Below are positions 36,857 through 50,000 of a stretch of DNA of 64,000 bases, one piece after another (positions within the stretch are counted from its first letter, which is position 1; every line of letters begins with the position of its first letter). The DNA is from Anthoceros angustus (lineage: Eukaryota; Plantae; Anthocerotophyta): the NCBI GenBank assembly GCA_010909165.1, contig VJWM01000117.1, positions 620,001 to 684,000 of the forward strand, read 5' to 3'. Position numbers and translations under genes: made by a program. The notes beneath the pieces are model-generated. The model worked only from the letters and a program-made list of their open reading frames with translations, ran no database searches and was not told where the DNA came from.

Positions 36857-39553
36857 TCACGGCCGACCCTTACAAGTGCAACAACCAGCTGTGAAACGAT
36901 GCACACGGTACCCATCCCTTACAACAATGTCTCTCTGCTCAATCTTTGACATGATCTCCGTGGAACTGTGGCAGTCGCTGCACATGCGTAGGTTCTTTGT
37001 TACCACCAGAGGTGTCCCACTCGGAGTGTTCAAGAGACCAAACGCCAGAGCTAGCTTCTCAGCATGCCCACAAAGCATGTCTTCCTTTTGCTTCTCACCC
37101 AGGGGCTTCAACACCAACTTTGTTTGAGGGACGTGGCCCCCTTCCAGCTCCAGACGTGCAGTCGTCCTCTCTACCTTAAGAGCAATATCCTCTCTCCTTC
37201 CTCCCACCCGAAATCTATGTACCTGCTTATTCACCTCAATGGTCGTGACTGCAGGTTTCTTGTTAGCTCCTGCTACCCTTCTCTGTGTTTCAATCCTGTC
37301 TACATCGGTCCACCTACCTGCATCTGCATAGGCATTGGCCATGAGCACATATGCGGTCGCGTCCTGGGGCTCCAGCCGAACAATGCTTTCAAAACACCAC
37401 ATTGCCCTCTGTATATCCCCATGACTTTTACAGGCATTCAACAAAGACCTCAAGCCCACAACATTACTTTGGACCTCACATGACAACAGCATCTTCTCTG
37501 CCTCATCTAAATGACCTGCACGCCCAAGAAGATCAATCATGCAATTGTAATGCTCACAAGTACGTTTGATGCCATGCTGTTGAGCCATGGAATCAAAGTG
37601 CTTGCGACCCTCGTGGACCAGTCCCGCATGACTGCATGCTACTAAGAGGCAAGTAAAAGTAGCATCATTAGGCGGAATACCAGAAGCTAACATCTGCTCA
37701 AAGCAAGCTAGTGCCTTGTGACCATCATCACAAGTACCATACCCAGAGATCAGGGCGGTCCATGTCACCACATCCTTTGTGGCCATGATGTCAAAAACCT
37801 GCCGTGCATCTTCCAGTTCACCACATTTTGCATACATGTCCAACAAGCAGGTGCACAGCACTGTGTTGTCCAACAATCCCCTTTCGACAATCTGCGAGTG
37901 CAGGTGCCTGCCCATTTGTAAGGCACCAGTGCTTCCACAGGCGTTCAGAAGGCAAGCAAGAGTAACATCGTCAGCTAAAATCAGGCCCGCCTCCTCCATT
38001 TGTCCATACAACTCAAGTGCCTCTTGGCCCAGTCCTTGCTGTGCATACCCAGAAATCAGCGCTGTCCATGTTACCACATCCTTTGTGGAAAGGCTGACAA
38101 AAACCTGGCGTGCAGCTTCCAGTTCACCACATTTTGCATACATATCCACCAGGCAGTTGCCCAAGACTACGTCATTCAGCAGTCCTCTTTCGACAATCTG
38201 TGAGTGCAGCTGCCTGCCCTTCTGTAGGGCACGAGTGCTTGCACAGGCCTTCAGAAGGCAAGCAAAAGTAACATGGTCAGCCAGAATCAACCCCTCCTGC
38301 TCCATTTGTCCATACAGAACAAGTGCCTCATGTCCGAGCCCTTGCTGGGCATATCCACCTATCAGGGAATTCCATGTCACCACATCCTTTGTGTTCATGC
38401 TGTCAAAAACATGGCGTGCATCTTTCAGTTCACCACATTTTGCATACCCAGATATCAGGGAATTCCATGTCACCACATCCTTTTTGGCCATGCTGTCAAA
38501 AACCTGGCGTGCATCTTTCAGTTCGCCACACTTTGCATACATGTCCACCAGGCAGTTGCCAACAAACAAGTCAGGAGGGACGCCACTGTGCAACACATCA
38601 CAGTGCACTTCTCTGCCAGATTCCAAATCGCCGGCAAATGCGCAAGCCTGAAGGGCAGCTACAAAGACGTGACCATTCGCCTTCACACCTGACCTACGCA
38701 TCTCATGGTACAGTTGTATGGCCTCCTTAGGTTTCCCGTGCTTAGCATGGGCAGATATTATGGAGAACCACATGAAGACATTTGGTTTCCCCACCCTGGT
38801 GAACACATCTATCGCCTCCTGCAGACTACCTCCACATGCATACATGCGCAAGATATGGTTCCCCAAGTATGCACTCGACTCGTACCCAAGTTTGGCAGTC
38901 AGATCATGAACTCGTCGCCCCACAACCAAATCCTTCTTAGCTGTACACAGTTTTAGCACAGTGTAAATCAGAGACTGAGAAATACCACACTTCGCCTGCG
39001 CTAGAGAATCCAGGGCTCCGACGGCCTCAAAAAGCTTCCCCTGCTGACATAACATGCTCACGGTGACAGCCGTTACGACGCCCATTTCCGGTCCTGCACT
39101 CGTCCCAGGTTCAGGCTTATCTGGAGAGCTCCACTGGGAAAGAGAGGCACCATCACCCATCAGCATATCCAAGGAAACCAGCTGCTCATCAACCCAAGCA
39201 GGCTTAAACAAGTTGTTCAACCACAGCACCTCGCCGGACCCCTTACGTCGGAAGTCAGGCGAACGGGAGCTCTGCTTGTCTCGTCTGTTGTCCAACCACA
39301 TGGTAGGGTCCAGAAAAAACTGTTGCCACAGGTGCTCCTGCTCCAGGCGACGACCATCGCTGGAAAATCCGTTCCCACCCACACATCTTCTCGGAAGTGG
39401 AAGTGCTGGGCTTCTTACACTGCTGCACCTGGAGGCTTTGTTTGCCAGGAGTTCACTCCCTGAAGTGATGTGAGCGGGAGCTCCTAGTAGCATCCTAGTA
39501 CACACACCAATTTGAAGGGTCCACAACAATTCTGGTTGCCATACTGTGGCCAT
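36857..39553 (-). CDS. Intact ~898-aa PDF-motif + PLS PPR-E-DYW:KP (GRP) protein (candidate U-to-C editing factor)
   Basis: Unbroken ORF 36857-39748. The family start MATVWQ is at 39553. Contains WLDNRRDKQSSRSPDFRRKGSGEVLWLN, KKPAVTTIEV, HAEKLA and CSDCH, ending KGRP*. Confidence 0.95.
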   Translation of the reverse strand: MATVWQPELLWTLQIGVCTRMLLGAPAHITSGSELLANKASRCSSVRSPALPLPRRCVGGNGFSSDGRRLEQEHLWQQFFLDPTMWLDNRRDKQSSRSPDFRRKGSGEVLWLNNLFKPAWVDEQLVSLDMLMGDGASLSQWSSPDKPEPGTSAGPEMGVVTAVTVSMLCQQGKLFEAVGALDSLAQAKCGISQSLIYTVLKLCTAKKDLVVGRRVHDLTAKLGYESSAYLGNHILRMYACGGSLQEAIDVFTRVGKPNVFMWFSIISAHAKHGKPKEAIQLYHEMRRSGVKANGHVFVAALQACAFAGDLESGREVHCDVLHSGVPPDLFVGNCLVDMYAKCGELKDARQVFDSMAKKDVVTWNSLISGYAKCGELKDARHVFDSMNTKDVVTWNSLIGGYAQQGLGHEALVLYGQMEQEGLILADHVTFACLLKACASTRALQKGRQLHSQIVERGLLNDVVLGNCLVDMYAKCGELEAARQVFVSLSTKDVVTWTALISGYAQQGLGQEALELYGQMEEAGLILADDVTLACLLNACGSTGALQMGRHLHSQIVERGLLDNTVLCTCLLDMYAKCGELEDARQVFDIMATKDVVTWTALISGYGTCDDGHKALACFEQMLASGIPPNDATFTCLLVACSHAGLVHEGRKHFDSMAQQHGIKRTCEHYNCMIDLLGRAGHLDEAEKMLLSCEVQSNVVGLRSLLNACKSHGDIQRAMWCFESIVRLEPQDATAYVLMANAYADAGRWTDVDRIETQRRVAGANKKPAVTTIEVNKQVHRFRVGGRREDIALKVERTTARLELEGGHVPQTKLVLKPLGEKQKEDMLCGHAEKLALAFGLLNTPSGTPLVVTKNLRMCSDCHSSTEIMSKIEQRDIVVRDGYRVHRFTAGCCTCKGRP

Positions 39554-40322
39554 CGTCCAGGAGCGCTGCCGGAAGATGAGTCTAACAACAGACCTTGACA
39601 GTATGACCACACCATACGGGCTGGCTCCGATGAGCCTGAGGCTCCCAGTCTGAATGCAAACATGCACACCCATGGATGACTCCATTTTGACGTGACAGAC
39701 ATATGGGTGATGGTCTATTGGAGTCGCACAGGTCTTGAATGCAAACATGTTGCTCAGAGCGTTTTGATAATGTCACGACATGAGTGGCGGCGAGCGAATG
39801 CTGCATTTCATCAAGACTTTCGTTTGCCTGGCTGTCACTCCAGAAAAATTCAAAGCAGCTTGTGAAATGTGTTCAACTGCCCTCATCTGTGAGTAAAGTT
39901 GCAACCTATTACAGGTGTTCGTGTCTGGAGATTCCGTGCGCTTCCAGAGCTGCTGGCAGGCAGGACCACACTTCATCCAGTCTCTCACGGCAGGGACTGC
40001 AGATGCCGAGACCAGCATCGATCCTCGGGTCCTGGAGACCTGCAGATTCCCAGATCTTGCTTCCACAGATGCAAAACGCGAAGATGCAGTGCAAATGAGC
40101 ATCTTACAGTCTGAGGAGGATTAATAGTGCAAAATAGTGATGGTTCCAGATTAGAGAATCACAAGCTTCTTTATGATCTGTTGTGAAGAAATCAAGATTG
40201 TATCTCATGACTGTTATGATGTGAGGTGCAGGATTAGTGTTAGCCATCCATGTCCGCCATCCATGTCTCAGTTCAAACAGGAATGGGGTTAAACAAGCAC
40301 ATTCACCCTAAAACCAAGATTC

Positions 40323-43300
40323 TCACGGTCGACCCTTACAACTACAAGAACCAGCTGCGAAACGATGCACACGGTACCCATCCCTTACAACAACGTCTCT
40401 CTGTTCAACCCTTGACATGATCTCCGTGGAACTGTGGCAGTCACTGCACATGCGTAGATTCTTCGTTACCACCAAAGGTGTCCCGCTCGGAGTGTTCAAC
40501 AGGCCAAACGCCAGAGCTAGCTTCTCAGCGTGCCCACAAAGCGCATCTTCCTTTTCCTTCTCACACAGTGGCTTCAACACCAACTTTGTATGGGGTACAT
40601 GGCCTCCTTCCTCCTTCAGACGTGCATTCGTGCTCTCTACCTTATGCGCAAGATCATCTCTCCTTTCTCCCACCAGAAATCTGTGTACCTGCTTATTCAC
40701 CTCAATGGTCGCCACTGCAGGTTTCTTGTTAGCTCCTGCTGCCATTCTCTGTGTTTCAACCCTGTCTACATCGGTCCACCTACCTGCATCTGCATATGCA
40801 TTGGCCATGAGCACATACGCAGGCGCCCATTGAGGGTCCAGCCTGACAATGCTTTCAAAACACCACATTGCCCTCTCTATATCCCCGTGACTTTTGCAGG
40901 CATTCAGCAAAGTCGTCAAGACCACAACATTACTTTGGCCTCACATGATAATAGCATCTTCTCTGCCTCATCTAAATGGCCTGCACGCCAAGAAGATCAA
41001 TCATGCAATTGTAATGCTCAATAGTAGGTTTGATGCCATGCTGTTCAGCCATGGAATCAAAGTGCTTGACCCTCGGACCAGTCCTCATGACTGCATGCTA
41101 CCAAAAGGCAAGTAAAAGTAGCATCAGGCTGAATACCGGCAACTAACATCTCCTCAAAACAAGCTAGTGCCTTGTGACCTTCATCACAAGTACCATACCC
41201 AGATATCAGGGCATCCATGTCCACATCCTTTGTGGCTGTTGTCAAAACCTGGCGTGCATCTTCCAGTTCACCACATTTTGCATACATGTCCACCAGGCAG
41301 TTGCCAACACTACATCATCCAGCAGTCCTCTTTCACAATCTGAGTGCAGCTGCCTGCCCTTCTGTAAGGCACCAGTGCACAGGCCTTCAGAAGGCAAGCA
41401 AAAGTAACATGGTCAGCCAAAATCAGGCCCTCCTGCTCCATTTGTCCATACAGAACAAGCGCCTCTTGGCCGAGTCCTTGCTGTGCATACCCAGCAATCA
41501 GGGCATCCATGTCACCACATCCTTTGTGGCCAAGCTGTCAAAACCTGGCGTGCATCTTCCAGTTCACCACATTTTGCATACATGTCCACCAGGCAGTTGC
41601 CAACACTACATCATCCAGCAGTCCTCTTTCAACAATCTGTGAGTGCAGCTGCCTGCCCTTCTGTAAGGCACCAGTGCTTGCACAGGCCTTCAGAAGGCAA
41701 GCAAAAGTAACATGGTTAGCCAAAATCAGGCCTCCTGCTCCATTTGTCCATACAGAACAAGCGCCTCTGGCCGAGTCCTTGCTGTGCATACCCAGCTATC
41801 AGGGCATTCCATGTCACCACATCCTTTGTGGCCAAGCTGTCAAAAACCTGGCGTGCATCTTCCAGTTCACCACATTTTGCATACATGTCCACCAGGCAGT
41901 TGCCAACACTACATCATGCAGTCCTCTTTCAACAATCTGTGAGTGCAGCTGCCTGCCCTTCTAAGGCACCAGTGCTTGCACAGGCCTTCAGAAGGCAAGC
42001 AAATGGTTAGCCAAAATCAGGCCCTCCTGCTCCATTTGTCCATACAGAACAAGCCTCTTGAGTCCTTGCTGTGCATACCCAGCAATCAGGGCATTCCATG
42101 TCACCACATCCTTTGGCCAAGCTGTCAAAAACCCGGCGTGCATCTTCCAGTTCACCACATTTTGCATACATGTCCACCAGGCAGTTGCCCACCAGTATGT
42201 TATCTAGCTCTCCTCGCTCAGCTATCTGTGAGTGCAGATGCCTTCCCTTCTGCAAGGCACCAGCGCCTGCACAGGCCTTCAGAAGGCAAGCAAAAGTAAC
42301 GTGGTCAGCCACAATGACGCCCTCCTGCTCCAGTCGTTCATACACAACAAGCGCCTCTTGACCTAGCCCTTGCTGTGCATACCCAGCGATCAGCGCCGTC
42401 CATGTCACCACATCCTTTTTTGCCATGCTTTCAAAAACCTGTCGTGCATCTTTCAGTTCGCCACACTTTGCATACATGTCCACCAGGCAGTTGCCAACAA
42501 ACAAGTCAGTAGGAATGCCACTGTGCAGCATATCAAAGTGCACTTTTCTGCCAGATTCCAAGTCGGCGGCAAATGCACAAGCCTGAAGGGTAGCTACAAA
42601 GACGTGACCATTCGCCTTCACACCTGACCTACGCATCTCATGGTACAGTTGTATAGCCTCGTTGGGTTTCCCATGCTTAGCATGCAGAGATTATGGAACA
42701 CCACATGAAGGCATCTGGTTTCCCACCCTGGTGAACACATCCATGGCCTCCTGCAGCCTACCTCCACATGCATACATGCGCAAGATATGGTTCCCCAAGT
42801 ATGCACTCGACTCGTACCCAAGTTTGGCAGTCAGATCATGAACTCGTCGCCCCACAACCAAGTCCTTCCTAGCTGTACACAGTTTTAGCACAGTGTAAAA
42901 CAGAGACTGAGAAATAGCAGAGTCTGTCTGCGCCAGAGATTCCAGGGCTCCAACGGCCTCAGACAGCTTCCCCTGCTGACATAACATGCTCACGATTCCA
43001 GCCGATACGACGCCCAATTCCGATTCTACACGCCTGCCAGGTTCAGGCTTATCTGGAGAGCGCACCTTGGAAAGAGAGGCACCCTGACCCATCTGCATAT
43101 CCAAGGACACCAGCTGCTCATCAACCCAAGCTGGCTTAAACATGTTGTTTAACCACAGGACCTCGCTGGACCCCTTACGCAGGAAGTCAGGCGAACGGGA
43201 GCTCTGCTTATCTCGTCTGTTGTCCAACCACATGGTAGGGTCCAGAAAGAATTGTTGCCACAAGTGCTCCTGCTGCTGGCGACGACCATCGCTGGAAAAC

Positions 43301-43488
43301 CCATTCCCACCCACATATTTTCTGGGAAGTGGAAGTGCTGGGCTCCTTGCACTGCTGCAAGGGGAAGTTTGGTTGGTTGCAAGGGATTGACTTCCTAAAG
43401 TGAGGTGAGCGGGATCTCCTTGTAGAATCCCTGTGCACCCACCAATGTGTTGGGTCCAGAACGGGTCCGGCTGCCATACTGCGGCCAT
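40323..43488 (-). pseudogene. PDF-motif + PLS PPR-E-DYW:KP (GRP) gene, many indels between ~40930 and 42120
   Basis: ORFs 42691-43488, 42007-42636 and 40323-40925 (KGRP*); the central array is full of 1-3-nt deletions. Confidence 0.8.
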
Positions 43489-43874
43489 CGTTCAGCCTTT
43501 AGCCTGAGGAAACAATGTCCCAAAGAGCTCCTGGCGCCTGCCGCCGCGCCCCGAGCCACACACTCCTTTTGGACCAAGGCTGCAGCCAGCCCCTCAAGTG
43601 GCCAGCAGCGCTTGCCCATCAAATCCTCGTTGTGGGCTGGTCTGCGAAGGCTGTTGCTAAAAGCGGCCCCGTCGCTCTCTCTCTGTGCCCGTTCATACTG
43701 TGTAGACGGATATGGAAATGCTCGTGAATCGTGATTCCCTGTGGCAATGGCAGCTACCTAATTCTCTACGCGACTTTAGCGCTACCCTAGACTAGACCAG
43801 ACCACCAGGCAGAAGTCCTTGATGCTCTGCATAAGCGTGAATTTGCTTGTTTGTGCTTCACGCTGCCTGTCACC

Positions 43875-45765
43875 ATGGCGAGGTCGCAGAGGAAGGTGGC
43901 CGTTGTGACGGGGGCTAACACCGGCATTGGACGGTAAGAGGCATCCATCTTGGCCAGCCTCTGCCTCTGAGTCCACTGCATGTGCCTGATGGGTTTCACT
44001 CCTCAGGGAAACAGCCTTGGCCTTGGCTAAGGATGGCCATGAGGTGTTCCTGGCGTGCCGGAGCGAGGGCAAAGCTAGAGAAGCTATTAGCTACATCCGG
44101 GAGGTAATCTGCTACGGTTTGAACGGAACGGAACGGGACAGCAGGACTGGTGTTTTATCTTTCTTGACGGCTTGGTTCTCAGTTCCACTTGGCTGTGCAG
44201 TCTGTTCCAGATGCAGACTTGGAATTTTTGGAGCTGGATTTGAGGACTCTGGAATCTGTTCACCGGTGTGCGAATCAATTCAAAGCCAAGAACCTACCGC
44301 TGAACGTCCTGGTACGGTTTGATGATTGCATGATTGAAGGAGCTGTGGATGTTCTGGATCTCTCTTCAGCTTTGCACGTCTGCCCCTTTGCAGGTCAACA
44401 ATGCAGGGGCCGCAATGGGCACTCCTTGGTACACTGCCGAACGTGTTGGTGGATCTGCTCAGGTATTCTGTTTGATGGCTTCAGGTTGCCGATAGTGTGC
44501 TTCACTCTAGTCAAGGTCCTGATCGTGGTCTCTCTCAGGTCAACTTCCTTGGCCCTTACGTTCTGACCCGGCTTCTGGAGAAGAATTTGGTTGAAGGGGC
44601 ACCTTCCAGAGTATGTCACCCGATCATGCCGACTTGAAGCTTTGGTGAAACTAAGACGGGCTCTCGGAACATGCAGTAGCTGAGCTTTTGTGGTTTTGTC
44701 CTTCGTGCAGGTAGTGAACGTCTCGTCTGTCACTCACAGGCATGCCAGAATCCGTGATGCCGTAAGCCAGTTGTGCCCTTTGCAACACCTGTTACTCGTT
44801 TTGTGGCAGCAGTTCGCATAACCTCTTTCTTTGTATGCCAGGAAAAATTCTTACGGGACTTCAAGGCAGGATCGTATGAACACACCAAGTTGGCAAACGT
44901 CCTCTTTACGGCTGAGCTTCAACGGCGTTGGGGAGGTAATGATCAATTACCCCCAAGTCGTCAGAGGATCGTCTTTTTGATTGTCCTCACATTTTACTGG
45001 ATGGAAGTTCTTGATGCAAACTTGTGTTCTGTTTGACAGCCAAGGGAGTGGAAGCGATTGCTGCAGATCCAGGTAGGCTTCACGCTTGTACAGGTTTATC
45101 AAGTGCCGGTGCTGGTGAGTCATGCCCTTGTCACTCACTCGTGTCTCACCTCATGTGCGTGCATGAACACAGGCGCTGTTGCAAGCGATATCTGGAGGAG
45201 GAGCAAGTACAACCGTCCTCCCATCTCCTGGCTTTTAAGAGTAAGGAGGATCCATGCTTCCCCAAGTTGAATTCTCTGCCACATTCATTGGAATTTGAGG
45301 TGGTAAGGCGCCGGTCATTTCTTACAAACTCATCTGCAAATGTGACAGTCACTTTACTCCCCCACCTGGGATGGAGCTAAAGCAGTAATACATGCTGCAT
45401 CAGGGCCTTTGGACACCAAACCCAAGCAGGAAAAGCCATTTCGCTACTTGGCAAGAGGGGCGTTCACGTGGAATGTGGTACGACAACAACCCACTTCTGA
45501 TGTTCACACCCTTGATGAAACTAGTACTTGTTCCCCACATTTCCTCATCCGCTACGCATTCCTGTTCCTGCAGATCACAGGCCCAAAGCCGATTGGTATT
45601 GTCCATCTTGTGGTCTCCTTCATGGACTGGCCTCTCCGATGGACCAGCCGCGGATACTTGTGCAGTGAGGTGAAGGAGGTCTCCGCAGCCCCCTTCGCAT
45701 ACGACAAGGAACTAGCAGCAAACCTGTGGAGTAAAGCAGCAGCCATTGCTGGCTTCGACGAGTGA
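43875..45765 (+). CDS. Short-chain dehydrogenase/reductase (retinol-dehydrogenase/Tic32-like SDR), multi-exon
   Basis: Spliced reading across ~10 short GT-AG introns: MARSQRKVAVVTGANTGIG (TGxxxGxG), LACRS, LELDL, LVNNAG, VNFLGPYVLTRLL, RVVNVSS, YEHTKLAN (YxxxK), ADPGAVASDIW, LAANLW. Last exon boundaries approximate. Confidence 0.9.
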
Positions 45766-46055
45766 AGAAGAAGAAATGATCACAGCAGCCTTGGGCCTCA
45801 TCCCCCACAGCCCAGAGATGTCTGATGTCCAGAATTCTTTTTGTAGTGCTGGTTCATTCTTTGCATTTCACAGCAATGTCATTATGGTCTTCATATATGT
45901 ACTTCTAGAGAAATTAATGCTCAGCACTCCAATGTCAGTCCTTTTTGAAGAATTCTTGGAAGGAAGTGACAAGTACCAGAGTGGCAAGAGGGAGGTACCT
46001 TGGTTGGAAGGATGATAGCAGCCCCCTGGCTGTCATGACGGATGCCAGTACACTA

Positions 46056-46103
46056 ACCAATTTGTTGGGTCCACAACGGACCTGGTCGCCACATTGTGGC
46101 CAT
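46056..46103 (-). pseudogene. Tiny remnant of a PPR-family 5' end (MATMWRPGPLWTQQIG)
   Basis: Reverse complement matches the conserved family start ATGGCCACA.TGTGG...TGGACCCAACAAATTGGT. Confidence 0.6.
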
Positions 46104-46579
46104 GCTAGACAAGCAAAGCTCTCGGAAGTTGAGGCGCACCATTAACTAGGTAAGCTGTGGCAGGATTGGATGTAATACTGTGGCCACTTGTTATCTGTGT
46201 ATGGGATTTGTCGTTAAGACGCGGTGAGACGGCATGGGCTTGCACAGAGCAGTTATGGGTACATACCATGGTCTGCGGTTTCCAGAAGTTTCTCCCACAG
46301 TCGAGGGTAGTTCGAAGGTTTCCAACCATCTGTTCCCTGATACTGCAGACACATACTTCGGAAAGTGAACACGTTGCCAGCTCATGAGGGTGAAATCTAC
46401 GAGCAACCAAACCAGCTTGCTGGGCCAAGCCCTGTGACTCGCAAGCCTCCTAGCAGCAAACTCCAACAACATTAGCAATATGCCCAGGCTGCAACTCACA
46501 GAGACGGTGCAATCCAACTGCCTCTCATCCTCCTGACCCTCCTGGATTGGATAAACGGAGTTGCTTTTCCCGTTCAAAT

Positions 46580-46790
46580 CGTTCTTCTGTATTACTTTGT
46601 CTCTGGGGTGACTTCAAACAGTTTCTCTTCAAGATATCGCATACTCCTTAGGACATAGCACCAGAAAGAGTCACGTTGACAACAGCTCGAAACAGATCCT
46701 TATGCAGAGAAGTAAACCCCTTGGTCCGGATCATCTGCGCGGCACATCCAACACTGCTGCAGTGCCCTGCAGTGCTATGTCGAACACCTA
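46580..46790 (-). pseudogene. Second degenerate carrier-like remnant, paralogous to 29690-29900
   Basis: QMIRTKGFTSLHKDL..VTLSGAMS*GVCDILKRNCLKSP; the flanking 46150-46900 aligns with 29280-30160. Confidence 0.5.
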
Positions 46791-47022
46791 GCCAGGATGT
46801 TGACAGCGTGGAGCCCTCTGCCGGAAGAAATAAGATCTAAGACAAATTCCAAGCCTGCACCTTCTGTGACCCAGCCACATCACAAGCCTCCAAACGAGTT
46901 AACCATCCAGGTGCATGTCTCAGCTTTGGACTGGGATGGAGTTAAGCAAGCACATTCACCCCCAAGAAGCAAAGAAATCTTTCTCTGGCGTTCACACGTG
47001 AGCACTGGCAAGTTCTCCCTTC

Positions 47023-50000
47023 TCATGGTCGTCCCTTACAGCTGCAGGAACCAGCTGCGAAACGATGCACACGGTACCCATCCCTTACAACAATGTTTCT
47101 CTGTTCAACCCTTGACATGATCTCCGTGGAGCTGTGGCAGTCACTGCACATGCGTAGATTCTTTGTTACAACCAGAGGGGTCCCGCTCGGAGTGTTCAGC
47201 AGACCAAACGCCAGAGCTAGCTTCTCAGCATGCCCACAAAGTGCATCTTCCTTTTCCTTCTCACACAATGGCTTCAACACCAACTTTGTATGGGGTACAT
47301 GGCCTCCTTCCTCCTTCAGACGTGCATTTGTGCTCTCTACCTTAAACGCAATATCATCTCTTCTTTCTCCCACCAGAAATCTATGTACCTGCTTATTCAC
47401 CTCAATGGTCGCCACCGCAGGCTTCTTGTTAGCTCCTGCTACCATTCTCTGTGTTTCAATCCTGTCTACATCGGTCCATCTCCCTGCATCTGCATAGGCA
47501 TTGGCCATGAGCACATAAGCGGGCGCCTGGTGAGGGTCCAGCCTAACAAGCCTTTCAAACGACCACCTCGCTCTCTCTATATCCCCATGAATTTTGCAGG
47601 CATTCAGCAAAGACGTCAAGCCCACAACACTACTTTGGTCATCACATGATAATAGCATCTTCTCTGCCTCATCTAAACGGCCTGCACGCCCAAGAAGATC
47701 AATCATGCAATTCTGATGCTCAACGTTAGGTTTGATGCCGTGCTCTTCAGCCATGGAATCATAGAGCTCGCGACCCTCATGCACCAGTCCCTCATGACTG
47801 CATGCTACTAAAAGGCATGTAAACGTAGCGTCGTCAGGCTGAACACCAGCAACTAACATCTCCTGGAAACACGCTAGTGCACTGTGACCTTCATCACAAC
47901 CATACCCAGATATCAGGGCATTCCATGTCACCACATCCTTTGTGTTCATGCTGTCAAAAACCTGGCGTGCATCTTCCAGTTCACCACATTTTGCATACAT
48001 GTCCACCAGGCAGGTGCCAACCAATGTTATCAGCAGTCCTCTTTCACAATCTGTGAGTGCAGCTGCCTGCCCTTCTGTAAGGCACCAGTGCTTGCACAGG
48101 CCTTCAGAAGGCAAGCAAAAACATGGTCAGCCAAAATCAGGCCCTCTCCATTTGTCCATACAGAACAAGCGCCTCTTTCCAGTCCTTGCTGTGCATACCC
48201 AGCAATCAGGGCATTCCATGTCACCACATCCTTTGTGCCAAGCTGTCAAAAACCTGGCGTGCATCTTCCAGTTCACCACATTTTGCATACATGTCCACCA
48301 GGCAGTGCCAACCAGTACGTTATCCAGCAGTCCTTTTTCCACAATCTGTGAGTGCAGCTGCCTGCCCTTCTGCAAAGCACCAGCGCTTGCACATGCCTTC
48401 AGAAGGCAAGCAAAAGTAACATGGTCAGCCACAGCCAGTCCCTCTTCCTCCATTTGTCCATACAGAACAAGCGCCTCTGGTCCCAGCCCTTGCTGTGTAT
48501 ACCCAGCAATCATGGCATTCCATGTCACCACATTTTTTGTGGCCAAGTTAAAGACCTGCCGAGCACCTTCCATTTCCCCACATTTTGCATACATGTCCAC
48601 CAGGCCGGTGCCAACCAATGGGTTATCTAGCAGCCCTTTTTCCACAATCTCTGAGTGCAACTGCCTGCCCTTCTGCAAGGCACCGGCACTTGCACAAGCC
48701 TTCAGAAGGCAAGCTAAACTAACATGGTCAGCCACAGCCAGTCCATCTTCCTCCATTTGTCCATGCAGAATAAGTGCCTCGTTTCCTAGACCTTGCTGTG
48801 TATACCCAGCAATCAGGGCTGTCCATGTCACCACACTTTTTGTGGCCAAGCGGTTAAAAACCTGGCGTGCATCTTCCAATTCGCCACATTTTACATACAT
48901 GTCTACCAGGCCGGTGCCAACCAGTACGTTATCCAGCAGTCCTTTTTCCACAATCTGTGAGTGCAGCTGCCTGCCCTTCTGCAAAGCACCAGCGCTTGCA
49001 CATGCCTTCAGAAGGCAAGCAAAAGTAACATGGCCACAGCCAGCCTCCTCCATTTGTCCATACAGAACAAGCGCCTCTGGTCCCAGCCCTTGCTGTGTAT
49101 ACCCAGCAATCATGGCATTCCATGTCACCACATTTTTTGTGGCCAAGTTAAAGACCTGCCGAGCACCTTCCATTTTCCCACATTTTGCATACCCAGCTAT
49201 AAGGGCCGTCCATGTCACCACATCCTTTGCGGCCAAGCTGTCAAAAACCCCACGTGCATCTTCCAGTGCGCCACATTTCGCATACATGTCCACGAGGCAG
49301 GTGCCAACCGGTACGTTATCCAGCAGTCCTCTTTCCACAATCTGTGAGTGCAGCTCCCTGCCCCTCTGTAAGGCACCAGTGCTTGCACAGGCCTTCAGAA
49401 GGCAAGCAAAAGTAACATCGCTCGCCACATTCAGGCCTTCCTGCTCCATTTGTCCATACAGAACGAGCGCCTCTGGTCCCAGCCCTTGCTGTGTATACCC
49501 AGCAATCATGGCATTCCATGTCACCACATTTTTGGCCTTGTGGCACCTTCCATTTTCCCACATTTTGCATACCCAGCTATAAGGTCCATGTCACCACATC
49601 AGCCAAGCTGTCAAAAACCACGTGCATCTTCAGTTCCACATTTTGCATACATGTCCACCAGGCAGTTGCCCACCAGTATGTTATCAGCAGTCCTCTTTCC
49701 ACAATCTGTGAGTGCAGCTGCCTGCCCTCTGTAAGGCACCAGTGCTTGCACAGGCCTTCAGAAGGCAAGCAAAATACATATCGCCATTCAGGCCTCCTGC
49801 TCCATTTGTCCAGAACAAGCGCCTCTGGCGAGCCCATGCTGCATACCAGGTAGGATTCCATGTCACCACATCCTTTGTGGCCAAGCTGTCAAAAACCTCA
49901 CGTGCAGCCTCCAGTTCGCCACTTTTTGCATACATGTCCACCAGGCAGGTGCCAAGAAACAAGTTAAGAGGAATGCCACTGTGCAACACATCACAGTGCA

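Noticed and set aside
39554-39748. 65-aa N-terminal extension of the 963-aa ORF
   Set aside because: Most paralogues have an in-frame TGA two codons before MATVWQ. Here a 1-nt difference opens the frame, so 39553 is the likelier start.
47942-49582. Long antisense ORFs over PPR arrays (e.g. 546 aa here, 8499-9509, 26747-27619)
   Set aside because: Shadow frames of the repetitive PPR coding strand; no independent protein signature.
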